NCBI GenBank assembly: GCA_963664405.1
Contig: OY761158.1
Coordinates: forward strand, 5,536,001 to 5,600,000
DNA: 64,000 nucleotides
Reading direction: 5' to 3'
Source: Thermoanaerobaculia bacterium
GTDB lineage: Bacteria > Acidobacteriota > Thermoanaerobaculia > Multivoradales > Multivoraceae
Below the pieces are notes generated by a model. That model ran no database searches. It was not told where the DNA came from and saw only the letters and a list, made by a program, of their open reading frames with translations. Below are positions 17,417 through 27,290 of the stretch, one piece after another (the first letter of the stretch is position 1; every line of letters starts with the position of its first letter). The translations under genes and the position numbers were made by a program.

Positions 17417-19147
17417 ATGTCGATGCGCGGGGCCATCGTCTCACTCTTGATGGTCCCCGGGGCGGCGTTGTGCGCAGAAGAACCGCTGGATTGGGAGATG
17501 GTGAATCGGATCCGCGAGGAGGGTCTTCACCGCTCCCAGGTGTTGGATACTCTGGAGATCCTCACCGACGTCATCGGTCCGCGTCTCACCGGTTCGCCGG
17601 CGCTGAAGGAGGCCAACGAGTGGACTCGGGACAAGCTCGAGGAGTGGGGGCTCGAGCGCTCCCGTGTCGAGTCGTGGGGCCGATTCGGCCGAGGTTGGAG
17701 CTTCAGCCGGGCGGCGGTTCATATGCTCGAGCCGCGCGCAACGCCGCTTTCTGCGCTGCCCCTGGCGTGGACGCCCGGGACGGAGGGAGCCGTTCGTGGC
17801 GAGGTCCGGCGAGTCACTCTCGACGATGAGCAGGATCTCGAAGAACACAAGGGTAAGCTGGGGGGCCAGATCCTTTTTCTCGATAAGCCCCGCGATCCGG
17901 TAGTCGATGGGGACGGGGCGTTTTCCCGATACACCTCGGATCAGCTCGAAGCTCTCGAACAGTATCCGGTGCCTGGAGAGCCGCGCGGCGTCCAGGCCCG
18001 CCGCCGACGGATGGAGAGGGCGAAGTTCAGGAGGAAGCGCAACAGCTTTCTTGCTGGTGAGGGGGTTGTGGCGACGGTCGAGATCAGTGGGCGAGATGCT
18101 GGAATCGTGAGGGTCGGCTCGGGGGGATCGCGCGAGCCAGGGGAGAGCACCGGTGTTACCGGGTTGGTTCTGGCGGCTGAGCACTACAACTGGGTGTCTC
18201 GCTTGCTGGAGCGCGGTGTGAAAGTGGAGCTCGAAGCCGATGTAGCTGCCCGCTTTCACGACGACGATCTCGATGCCTACAACACGATGGCGGAGATGCC
18301 TGGCAGCGATCTCGCGGACGAGGTCGTGATGGTCGGTGCCCATCTCGATTCCTGGCACGCGGCGGCGGGCGCCAACGACAATGGCGCCGGCTGTGCGGTG
18401 GTCATGGAGGCGGTTCGAATACTTCGCGTTCTGGGCGCCGAGCCGAGGCGCACGATCAGAATCGTGCTGTGGAGCGGCGAAGAGCAGGGGTTGTTAGGCT
18501 CTAGAGCCTACGTGGCAGAGCATTTTGCTACGCGTCCCGAGCCCGAGAAAGAGGAGGATCGAAAGACGCCCAGTCGGTATCGGACGCCTACTTGGCCCCT
18601 AGAGCTGAAGCCTGGCCATTCCAAGCTCGCTGCCTACTTCAATGTCGACAATGGTAGTGGGAGGATTCGGGGCATCTACACGCAGGGAAATGCGGCGGTG
18701 GTGCCGATCTTCGAGCGTTGGCTCGAGCCTTTCAACGACTTGGGCGCGGACACCGTGACCAATCGCGACACAGGCGGCACCGATCATCTACCCTTCGACG
18801 ACGTCGGCCTTCCCGCTTTTCAGTTTGTTCAGGACCGACTCGACTACAGCAGCCGTACCCACCACACCCATCTCGATCACTTCGACCACGCTGTGGGCAA
18901 GGACTTGAAACAGGCTTCTGTGATTCTTGCTTCTTTCCTCTACCACGCGGCGATGCGAGACGAGCGCCTCCCGCGCGAACCTCTCCCCCGGGCGCCCGCC
19001 AGGCGAAGTAGTGGCCCGCTAACCGACGCGGACGCTAGCCCCGCCGTCGACGGGAAGGGCGACGCCGGTGATGAAGCGGGCTTCTTCGGAGACCAGGAAG
19101 AGAGCGGCGTTGGCGACGTCCCAGGCGGTGCCCATCTTGCCCCCTAA
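17417..19147 (+). CDS. M28 family metallopeptidase (carboxypeptidase Q-like)
   Basis: GPRLTGS, GAHLDSW, DNGAG, SGEEQGLLGS, TGGTDH, THHTHLD. C-terminus overlaps the convergent SDR. Confidence 0.9.
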   Translation: MSMRGAIVSLLMVPGAALCAEEPLDWEMVNRIREEGLHRSQVLDTLEILTDVIGPRLTGSPALKEANEWTRDKLEEWGLERSRVESWGRFGRGWSFSRAAVHMLEPRATPLSALPLAWTPGTEGAVRGEVRRVTLDDEQDLEEHKGKLGGQILFLDKPRDPVVDGDGAFSRYTSDQLEALEQYPVPGEPRGVQARRRRMERAKFRRKRNSFLAGEGVVATVEISGRDAGIVRVGSGGSREPGESTGVTGLVLAAEHYNWVSRLLERGVKVELEADVAARFHDDDLDAYNTMAEMPGSDLADEVVMVGAHLDSWHAAAGANDNGAGCAVVMEAVRILRVLGAEPRRTIRIVLWSGEEQGLLGSRAYVAEHFATRPEPEKEEDRKTPSRYRTPTWPLELKPGHSKLAAYFNVDNGSGRIRGIYTQGNAAVVPIFERWLEPFNDLGADTVTNRDTGGTDHLPFDDVGLPAFQFVQDRLDYSSRTHHTHLDHFDHAVGKDLKQASVILASFLYHAAMRDERLPREPLPRAPARRSSGPLTDADASPAVDGKGDAGDEAGFFGDQEESGVGDVPGGAHLAP

Positions 19148-19819
19148 TAGTACCCGGCGGTCGCGCTCGTCGATGACCTCCTCGCGAGACTTACCGGTAG
19201 TAGCTACCCGAGCTTCGATCGCCATCGGCGTATTCATCAGTCCTGGAAGAATGACGTTGGCGCGGATGCCGTAGCTGGCGTTTTGGACGGCCAATTGCTC
19301 GGTGAGCGCGATGACTCCGGCCTTCGTCGTCTTGTAGCCGACGAGTGGGTAAGCTGCCCACGCTGCCATTGACGAGATGTTGACGATGGCGCCGGCCTGC
19401 TGTTGGCGCATCAGCGGCAGAGCGTGCTTGCAAGTGAAGACCATGCCGCGCAGATTCACCGCGACGAGATGGTCGAAGGCCTCCGCGGTGATGTCGGTGA
19501 TGGGTGCGTCGCCGCCGGTGATACTGATGCCGACATTGTTGTGGAGGATGTCGAGGCGGCTCCAGCGGGCGGCACAGGCGTTGATCGCGGTGCTGACGGC
19601 GTCTTCGTCTGTGACGTCGGCCTCGAGTGCGAGAGCCTCACCGCCTTCGCTGCGAATCATCTCGCAGGTTTCTTGTGCCGAGCTCAGCGAGCGGTCCACG
19701 GCCGCGACCCTGGCGCCTTCGCGGGCGAAGAGAATGGCTGTGGCGCGCCCGTTGCCCACCGTCTCGCCGGGCGTTTGACCGGCACCGACGACCATCGCTA
19801 CTTTGCCTTCGAGTCTCAC
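19019..19819 (-). CDS. SDR family oxidoreductase
   Basis: VGAGQTPGETVGNG, NNVG, YKTTK, LPVDGG. Confidence 0.9.
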   Translation of the reverse strand: MRLEGKVAMVVGAGQTPGETVGNGRATAILFAREGARVAAVDRSLSSAQETCEMIRSEGGEALALEADVTDEDAVSTAINACAARWSRLDILHNNVGISITGGDAPITDITAEAFDHLVAVNLRGMVFTCKHALPLMRQQQAGAIVNISSMAAWAAYPLVGYKTTKAGVIALTEQLAVQNASYGIRANVILPGLMNTPMAIEARVATTGKSREEVIDERDRRVLLGGKMGTAWDVANAALFLVSEEARFITGVALPVDGGASVRVG

Positions 19820-19952
19820 CTTGGTCCTGTTTGCCCTTCGGGTGTCGCTTCGAGATCAGATGCTACACGACGGGTGACATAGAATCAGGCCCATTGAAGG
19901 TCGCCCGGCTCGCCTCACCCGGGTGCGATGGCTTCCCCTCTAGGGTTTTCGC

Positions 19953-20795
19953 ATGCGCTCACTCCGGCTTGTCGGCCTCGTGCTCCCGCTGGTATTAGTG
20001 CTGCCTATGGCCGCCAGGGGAGAGGATGACCTCCTTCTCGCGACGACTACGAGTGTGAATGACTCGGGGCTCTTGGATTTCTTGATTCCCTTGTTCGAGG
20101 AGGAGACCGGTATCGTAGTGCGTCCGGTGGTGGTGGGCTCGGGTGCGGCACTGCGCATGGGCGCTCTGGGCAATGTGGACGCGGTGGTGACGCACGCTCC
20201 ACCGGCTGAGATGGAATTGGTGGCAAGTGGCGCGGCCGCCTCGAGGCTTCCATTCATGGTGAATTGGTTTGTCATCGCCGGCCCAGAGGAGGATCCGGTC
20301 GGGGTTTCCGAGGCTTCTTCGGTGATCGAGGCGGTTCATCTCATCCGGCGCGCTGAGGGGTTGTGGGTCAGCCGTGGCGACGACTCCGGCACCCACCGAC
20401 GGGAGCGGGCTCTTCTGGCCGAGGCCGGGTTGGAAGAGAACGGTGACTGGCCTGGCTTCATTAGTACCGGGTCGGGGATGGGGTTGTCGCTCCAGGTGGC
20501 GGGTGAGCGGGGAGCGTACGTCTTGGCGGACGTCGGCACTTTTCTCGCCTTTCGCGAGCGCACGGGTTTGCGCGCGCTCTATCAGCGCGAGGAAGCGCTT
20601 CTGCGCAACGAGTATTCGCTTCTCAGAGTGAGCTCAGATCGCTTTCCGAAGGTTCAAGCTTCCGCGGCCGCGGCGTTCGAGAATTTTCTCTGCAGCCGAG
20701 ATACTCAGCGAAGGCTAGCCACTTTCGGAGTCGAGCGATTCGGGCGACCGCTCTTCCGTCCGCTCCATCCGGAAAGCTGCGCGAGGGGGCGATGA
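19953..20795 (+). CDS. tupA: Tungstate ABC transporter substrate-binding protein
   Basis: ATTTSVNDSGLL, GSGAAL, VTHAP, SRGDDSGTH TupA motifs. Confidence 0.92.
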   Translation: MRSLRLVGLVLPLVLVLPMAARGEDDLLLATTTSVNDSGLLDFLIPLFEEETGIVVRPVVVGSGAALRMGALGNVDAVVTHAPPAEMELVASGAAASRLPFMVNWFVIAGPEEDPVGVSEASSVIEAVHLIRRAEGLWVSRGDDSGTHRRERALLAEAGLEENGDWPGFISTGSGMGLSLQVAGERGAYVLADVGTFLAFRERTGLRALYQREEALLRNEYSLLRVSSDRFPKVQASAAAAFENFLCSRDTQRRLATFGVERFGRPLFRPLHPESCARGR

Positions 20796-21445
20796 GCTCT
20801 CCGGATCTCCCGCTCATCGTGGAGATCTCCATACGGACGCTGGGTGTTTGTTTCAGCGCGCTGGCGGTGGCGTTGTTGATCGGTGTTCCTCTTGGCATAT
20901 GGCTGGGCTCGCGACGTTTTCGGGGGCGAAGGTTAGTCATTAGCGTTGTGAACTCTGGGATGGGGGCGCCGCCGGTGGTCGTGGGCTTGGCGGTTGCCCT
21001 GCTGCTCTGGCGTAACCAGCCGCTGGGTTTCCTCGGGTTGATGTACACGGTTCCCGGGATGATGATCGCTCAGACTCTGATCGCGTTACCGCTTGTCGTC
21101 GGCATCACCTTGGCGGCGGTGGGGGCGCTCGGCGAAAGCTGGGATTTGCAAGTGCGTACGCTTGGGGTTCCTAGGGCTTGGCGACTGGCACTGTTGGTGC
21201 GAGAGATAAGGCTGGGTCTCTTGGCCGCAGTCATCGCAGCACTTGGAGCCATACTTTCGGAAGTGGGTGCGGTGATGATGGTCGGCGGCAATATCGCCGG
21301 CGAGACGCGAGTGTTGACGACGGCGATCATGATGTACACCCAGATGGGAGATCTTGGAACTGCCATGGGTTTATCCGCGGTGTTGATCGGACTGATGCTC
21401 TTGTTGTCGGGTCTTCTCACGGTGGTGCAGCAGGGCGAAAGGTGA
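20792..21445 (+). CDS. tupB: Tungstate ABC transporter permease
   Basis: MGAPPVVVGL, SEVGAVMMVGGNIAGETRVLTTAI. Confidence 0.92.
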   Translation: MSSPDLPLIVEISIRTLGVCFSALAVALLIGVPLGIWLGSRRFRGRRLVISVVNSGMGAPPVVVGLAVALLLWRNQPLGFLGLMYTVPGMMIAQTLIALPLVVGITLAAVGALGESWDLQVRTLGVPRAWRLALLVREIRLGLLAAVIAALGAILSEVGAVMMVGGNIAGETRVLTTAIMMYTQMGDLGTAMGLSAVLIGLMLLLSGLLTVVQQGER

Positions 21446-22521
21446 TGGATCGAGCTCCGGTATTACGGGCTCGTGATCTACGGGTCGAGCGTCCATCGCG
21501 GAGTGGTGGATTCGAGCTCGTCGTCGACAGCCTCGACCTGTTTGGTGGGGAGGCGATCGCCATTCTCGGTGCGAACGGCTCCGGTAAGACGACTCTGTTG
21601 ATGGCGTTGGCAGGCTTGATGGATCTCCGCAGTGGCACCTCGAGTAGCTCGCAGGGCAGTGGACAGGTGACGATGGTGTTCCAGCATGCCCTTGCCTTTG
21701 CCGGCACGGTGGAGCACAACTTGCGCGTGGGGTTGTTGGGAAGAGGACTTGATCGTAGCGACGAGGACGCTCGGGTGGAATCAGCCTTAGAGGGGCTCGG
21801 TATAGTCCATCTGCGCTCGCGGTCGGCGAAGCGTCTCTCCGGCGGAGAGCTGAGACGTCTTGCCTTAGCGAGGGCGATGGTTCTTCGTCCAACCGTACTG
21901 TTGTTGGACGAGCCCTTCGACGATCTCGACCCCTCGGGGCAGGAGCTTCTCTCCCGCGACCTGCTCCGATTGGTCAAGGACACGGGTATCGCCTTGGCCC
22001 TTGTGACTCACGATCTTCGCCGGGCGGCGCTTGTAGCGAGCCGCCTTGCCGTTCTCGGCGGTGGAAGGTTGCTTCAGGTTGGGAAGGTGGTAGAAGTCTT
22101 GTCTCATCCTGTCGACCGAGACGTCGCTGCCTTGGTAGGAATGATCAACATTCTCCCAGGAGTGATCGTGAGAGGAGAGGGTCGTGTCGCCGTCGAGATC
22201 GAGGGAGGGGGCCGACTCCAGGTCGCGACCGATCTCCCGCAGGGAAGCGCGGTCAGTGTTGGCTTCCGCCCAGAGCGCTTAAAGCTCGAGCCCGAGCAGG
22301 GCGCGCTGGCCTCATCGATTGGCGAAGCCCACGTAGTCGGGCTGACGACCGATTCAATCCTGACCCGGGTCACCCTTGAGTGGATGGGCCGAGAACTATT
22401 CACCCATCTTCTCTACGGTCGGGGTCGCCAACTAGCGATTGGCGATCGAGTGGCCCTCTCGATCCAGTCCCGCGACCTCCACCTGATGGGTATCCCCAAG
22501 AAAGTGTCACCCTCCATCTAG
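21445..22521 (+). CDS. tupC: Tungstate ABC transporter ATP-binding protein with TOBE domain
   Basis: GANGSGKT, LSGGE, LLLDEP; operon context. Confidence 0.85.
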   Translation: MDRAPVLRARDLRVERPSRSGGFELVVDSLDLFGGEAIAILGANGSGKTTLLMALAGLMDLRSGTSSSSQGSGQVTMVFQHALAFAGTVEHNLRVGLLGRGLDRSDEDARVESALEGLGIVHLRSRSAKRLSGGELRRLALARAMVLRPTVLLLDEPFDDLDPSGQELLSRDLLRLVKDTGIALALVTHDLRRAALVASRLAVLGGGRLLQVGKVVEVLSHPVDRDVAALVGMINILPGVIVRGEGRVAVEIEGGGRLQVATDLPQGSAVSVGFRPERLKLEPEQGALASSIGEAHVVGLTTDSILTRVTLEWMGRELFTHLLYGRGRQLAIGDRVALSIQSRDLHLMGIPKKVSPSI

Positions 22522-22755
22522 CGAGACCACCCGGGGGGCCGCCTAGAAGTCTCTGACGAGGAGAGTTCGACAACTTTCTCCGGGGAAATTGATGGGGAAG
22601 TGACGCGCTCGACGCGGTTGACCCTCCTTTGACTCCCGACGAGCTCCGATCGGGCTCTTCGCACGCCCAAACCGCCCTCCCCGCTCGCACCTCTACCTTG
22701 TAGCCGATCGCTGGTGGCCACTCTCTTACGGTTGGTCTGCCATTGGGACCGCCGC

Positions 22756-23691
22756 CTAGGGTCCGGCGCGAACCTCAGGAACGTAGGGCAGGTGGGGAGG
22801 GAAACACCCCGGTGGGAAAGCTACCTCAAGCGCCCCTTCTTTGAGCTTCTCCGCGCACTCACGATACGAATTCACGAACGCTTTGTATTCCTCTCGAAGC
22901 TTCCTGAACGCCGCTCCCGTGACTGCGTGAAAGGACGGCGCCGGCGATCGATCGAGCTCTTTGGGCTGGAAGTCCGGCACCTGCATGAGGATCCGCCTCG
23001 GTCCCGTCGGTGGCCTCCCTGTCTCCCTCTGGAGCTCGCGGCCCGTCTGCTCGCACTCGCGGAGGAGTTGCTCGATGAGCTCCAGTCTCGGCCTTCTCCT
23101 CCAATCTGCAAGACGGGGAACGTGACTCAATAGGATCGTCTCCTCGATGAGGAACTCCTCTGGTGTCAATACTTTGCCTGCTCGCCGAGCCTTGCCCTCC
23201 GCGGTCTGGTCGTGCCATATGCCGCCCGTCAGTTCTGGGTAGCCTCGTCGAATCTCGCCCACGCAGTGAACTCCTGGCCAGTCCCAGGAGTGGCGCACCA
23301 GACCCTCTTTTGGACCTTGAGAGAAGAGATACTTCAGGCGACCGATCTGCGCTTCGAGCTCGTCGGAGATGATGATGTGCTGGTAGCGCCGTTCCCAGAG
23401 CTTGCCCCGCCAACCCTGGAGGGGACCCACCTTGCGAGCGATGTTCCCGTTGACGAATCCCATGAACTCGCTGAGCTGTTTCGTACTCTCGGGGACCAGG
23501 AGCATGTGGGCGTGATTGGACATGAAGGCGAGGCCACAGATGTCGATTCCGGTACGTCTCTGACCGCGACCGATGACGCCTTTTATGGTCCGGTTAACCT
23601 CGGGCGAAGGGTGGAGGAGGTGGCGACCCTGAAACGTGCGCGTGGTGACCTCTACAAGACGATTTCTTACGCATCCTCGGATTCTTCGCAC
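22756..23691 (-). mobile_element. Y1 (HUH) transposase, IS200/RAYT-like
   Basis: N-terminal VTTR, HUH motif MSNHAHMLL, LWERRY, catalytic-Tyr region KYLFSQGPKEGLV..WDWP. GTG start at 23691 inferred from upstream AGGAGG. Confidence 0.82.
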
Positions 23692-23956
23692 CTTTATCCA
23701 GGTCCTCCTGCAAATAAAGGACGTCATTTGCGAGAAAAACCTTGCCGGTCTCTGTCGACGAAGCGAGTTGACCCTCTCGCCAGGCTGCTGAGAGGCTGGT
23801 GGGTGGCACCGGTCTCGCGAAAGGGGCATTCTTGGGCTCCGCGTGAGTTGGTGGGTGGTACCGCTCTGACTAGAACAGTGGGGTTGTGAGCGGTTGGTTT
23901 CCGGGATGCTCTGAAGTAGACTGCTGCGACTGGTCGGAGAGTTCAGAGCACCGTCG

Positions 23957-24226
23957 ATGCCGGTAGTTATCGTCCCACCACCCCTGCAAGGACCGACCGC
24001 CGGTGTCGGACGAGTGGAGGTTGCCGCCGAAACGGTCAGAGGCACGCTGGAGAGAATGGAAGGCGACTATCCAGGCTTCGGCGAGCTGGTCTTGGAGGCG
24101 AACGGCGAGCTGAGTAGCTTCGTCAAGATCTTTCGTAACGGTGAACAGGTGGACCCAGGGAGCCTCGACCAAGAGGTCGCGGCCGCCGATGAGCTTGAAG
24201 TAGTAACTGCGATCGCGGGCGGCTGA
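23957..24226 (+). CDS. moaD: MoaD/ThiS family sulfur carrier
   Basis: 89 aa ubiquitin-like protein ending AIAGG, directly before aor. Confidence 0.85.
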   Translation: MPVVIVPPPLQGPTAGVGRVEVAAETVRGTLERMEGDYPGFGELVLEANGELSSFVKIFRNGEQVDPGSLDQEVAAADELEVVTAIAGG

Positions 24227-24263
24227 CCCGTTCGTCCCATTTGTTGGCACAAGAGGAGCGACC

Positions 24264-25991
24264 ATGAGCGAGAAACAGGAACGCCTTATCCGCGTCGATA
24301 TGAGCGAACAAACGGTCTCTATCGAGGACTTCCCTGAAGAGTGGAAGCTTCTGGGCGGCAGGGCCCTCTCTGCCAAGATCCTGCTCAAGGAATGTGACCC
24401 CACCTGTGATCCTCTTGGGCCCGACAACGTTCTCGTCTTCGCTCCTGGCGTCCTCGCTGGAAGCGCCGCGCCAACTTCCGGCCGGCTGTCGGTGGGTGCC
24501 AAGAGCCCTCTGACGAACGGGATCAAGGAAGCCAATACCGGCGGCAACCCCGGCCAGGACATCACCAAGGCCGGGTACCGCGCGATCATCGTTACCGGTA
24601 AACCTACGGAAGCCGACAAGCTCTATGGCCTCGAGGTGAGCCCCGATGGCGCGCGATTGGTTGACGCCGATGACCTCAAGGGACTCTGGAACTATGCCAC
24701 CTGCGAGCAGCTCGCGGAACGCTATTCGGCGAAGACTTCTTTCCTCAGCCTCGGTCCCGCCGGGGAGATGATGATGCGCGGCTCTTCGGTCGCCGCCACC
24801 GATCAGGACAACCGCTACCCGACCCGTCACGCGGCTCGCGGCGGTCTCGGTGCCGTCATGGGCTCGAAAGGACTGAAGTTCATCTCCTGCGATTACGGCG
24901 GGCAGGGCGTGCGAGCCCCCGTCAACGCAGAGGGCTTCAGCACACTGTGCAAGAAGTACACGCGGGACTACCTCGACGGCGATCAGATCTTCAAGTACGG
25001 CACAAGCTCTGTCGTGCCCCTGGCGAACAAGCTCAACACCTTCCCCCACAAGAACCGAGTGGAAGGGCAGTCACCGGATGTGAAGGGGCTGGACGGCGCT
25101 CGCATCGTCGAGGATTTCGAGACCAACGGCGGCAGGATGCACAACTGCCTCACCGGTTGTGTGGTGCGCTGCTCGAACATCGTCCACGATGAGGAGGGGA
25201 ACTACAAGACCTCTGCTCTGGAGTTCGAAACTCTGACTCTGCTCGGGTCCAATATCGCGATGAAGGACTATCAGCAGGTCGCGACCTTCGACCGCTTGTG
25301 CGACGAGCTCGGCCTGGACACGATCGAGGCCGGTGCCGCGATCGGAGTGCTGATGGATTCGGGAGCGCTCGAGTTCGGCGACTATGAGGGCACCAAGGAG
25401 CTCTTCGAGAAGGAGATCGCAGAGGGAACGGAGCTCGGCAGAGCCGTCGGGAACGGCGCGGTGGCGGTGGGTGAGCACACCGGGCATCATCGGGTGCCGA
25501 CCGTGCGCGGACAGGCGATCCCGGCCTGGGATCCGCGACCGCTCAAGGCGACCGGTGTCACCTACGCCACCAGCCCGATGGGCGCCGATCACACCGCCGG
25601 CCTGATCATCAACCCCGGCCTTCCCGCTGAAAAGTACGCGCAGGCGTCCCAGGAATCGCAGCTGGTCAACGCCGTCTGTGACGCGTCAGGCTTCTGCCAG
25701 TTCATGCAGCCTTCCCTCGATGACATCCGCGAGTTCTACACTCATTTTACGGGGGTAGAGGTCAGTCGAGAGGCGATCGCCGACCAGGGCTGGCAGTGTC
25801 TCACTGACGAATGGGCTTTCAACAGTGCCGCCGGCTGGAAGGACGAAGACAACGATCTGCCCGACTGCATGAAGCAAGATGCGATCGGACCTGGAAATGC
25901 CGTTTTCGATGTACCGCTCGAGATCATCAACGACGCCAAGGTGCGCAAAGAGCCGCGAGAGAAGCTCTTCCTCGCGAAGGCCACTGGCTAG
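24264..25991 (+). CDS. aor: Tungsten-containing aldehyde:ferredoxin oxidoreductase family protein
   Basis: KSPLTNGIKEANTGG, AARGGLGAVMGSKGLK, CLTGCVVRC, EFET, CDELGLDTI, YATSPMGADH. Confidence 0.93.
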   Translation: MSEKQERLIRVDMSEQTVSIEDFPEEWKLLGGRALSAKILLKECDPTCDPLGPDNVLVFAPGVLAGSAAPTSGRLSVGAKSPLTNGIKEANTGGNPGQDITKAGYRAIIVTGKPTEADKLYGLEVSPDGARLVDADDLKGLWNYATCEQLAERYSAKTSFLSLGPAGEMMMRGSSVAATDQDNRYPTRHAARGGLGAVMGSKGLKFISCDYGGQGVRAPVNAEGFSTLCKKYTRDYLDGDQIFKYGTSSVVPLANKLNTFPHKNRVEGQSPDVKGLDGARIVEDFETNGGRMHNCLTGCVVRCSNIVHDEEGNYKTSALEFETLTLLGSNIAMKDYQQVATFDRLCDELGLDTIEAGAAIGVLMDSGALEFGDYEGTKELFEKEIAEGTELGRAVGNGAVAVGEHTGHHRVPTVRGQAIPAWDPRPLKATGVTYATSPMGADHTAGLIINPGLPAEKYAQASQESQLVNAVCDASGFCQFMQPSLDDIREFYTHFTGVEVSREAIADQGWQCLTDEWAFNSAAGWKDEDNDLPDCMKQDAIGPGNAVFDVPLEIINDAKVRKEPREKLFLAKATG

Positions 25992-26021
25992 CTCCCTTCT
26001 GCGCTCTTCGAGGGGCGCCCG

Positions 26022-27290
26022 ATGAGCAGTCGCGCCGGTGTTGGCGCCGCCGACGTTCGCATGCGCGGATTCGCCGAGCGCAAGGATGTCGAGGAGGTCT
26101 TGGCCCTCCTCCGCGAAGGGAGCTGCGCCCTCGACCAAGAGTCTGTTTCGCTCGCTTCGTGCGCGGGTAGGGTGCTCGCGTCCGAGATCGCCTCCCCGGT
26201 CGACGTGCCCGCCTTCGAGCGAGCGGCGATGGATGGCTACGCGCTTCGCGGGGAAGACACCTTCGGCGCCTCGGCCTACGACCCTGTGACCTTGCAGCTA
26301 ATAGGCGAGTCGATGCCGGGCCGCCCCTATCCGGGCGAAGTGTCTCCAGGCCAAGCGGTGCGCATAATGACCGGCGCTCCGATCCCACTCGGCGCCGACA
26401 GCGTCGTTGTGGTCGAGGTGTGTCGTGAGATTGACGGAGCGGTAGAGCTCACCGAGGCAGTGTCGCCGCGAAAGAACGTAGGCTCAGTCGGAGAAGACAT
26501 TCGCCGCGCCGAGACCGTTCTCGAAGCCGGGAGGCGGATCCGGCCGCAGGACGTCGGCTTGTTGGCTTCGATCGGCGTGGCCTCGGTTCCCTGCGTGCGG
26601 CGACCCCGTGTCGAGCTCCTAATTACCGGCGACGAGCTCCTACCGGCGGGCAGCAAGCCCGAGGGCGCTTGCATCGTCGACTCGAACTCGCCGGTGCTCC
26701 AGGCGTTGGTGGATAGAGACGGCGGGGTCCAGGTCGGATCCCGGATCCTCCCGGATCGCATGCCTGATCTACGAGATGCGATGACTGTCTGCGATGCGGA
26801 TGTCCTGCTGATCTCCGGCGGCAGCTCGGTGGGCAAAGAGGACTATGCGCCGGGTCTCGTGGAAGAGCTTGGGACGCTGCTCTTCCATGGCGTGTCGATG
26901 CGTCCTTCCAGTCCGGCCGGAGGCGGTCGCCTCGGTGAGACACGCGTCTTTCTTCTCCCGGGCAATCCTGTGAGCTGTCTCTGCGCCTACGAGTTTTTCG
27001 CCGGGCCTACCCTACGGGCTCTGGGTGGCCGCTCGCGGTCCTGGCCGCACCGTCGCCGGAGTGCCACTCTCGCTCGCAAGATCTCCTCCCAGATCGGCCG
27101 TACCGACTACGTGAGAGTCGCTTTCGACGGCGACCGGGTCTTGCCGTTGGCGATCTCGGGCGCGGCCATCCTCTCCTCGACGGTGCGCGCGGCGGGAGCG
27201 GTCATCGTCCCGCGCGGCCTCGAGGGGCTTGCCGAGGGCGAGGTCGTCGAGGTATTTCTCTACGACGATGAGGACGCGCCTCTCCTGTGA
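26022..27290 (+). CDS. moeA: Molybdopterin molybdo/tungstotransferase MoeA
   Basis: AAMDGYA, IMTGAPIP, TGDEL, SGGSSVG, LPGNP. Confidence 0.92.
   Translation: MSSRAGVGAADVRMRGFAERKDVEEVLALLREGSCALDQESVSLASCAGRVLASEIASPVDVPAFERAAMDGYALRGEDTFGASAYDPVTLQLIGESMPGRPYPGEVSPGQAVRIMTGAPIPLGADSVVVVEVCREIDGAVELTEAVSPRKNVGSVGEDIRRAETVLEAGRRIRPQDVGLLASIGVASVPCVRRPRVELLITGDELLPAGSKPEGACIVDSNSPVLQALVDRDGGVQVGSRILPDRMPDLRDAMTVCDADVLLISGGSSVGKEDYAPGLVEELGTLLFHGVSMRPSSPAGGGRLGETRVFLLPGNPVSCLCAYEFFAGPTLRALGGRSRSWPHRRRSATLARKISSQIGRTDYVRVAFDGDRVLPLAISGAAILSSTVRAAGAVIVPRGLEGLAEGEVVEVFLYDDEDAPLL

Noticed and set aside
19820-19952. Moco/Wco riboswitch upstream of tupA
   Set aside because: Only a small hairpin; the conserved motif elements were not found.
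23692-24045. 118-codon N-terminal extension of the transposase ORF
   Set aside because: Overlaps moaD, has no domain-like content, and an RBS supports the start near 23691.
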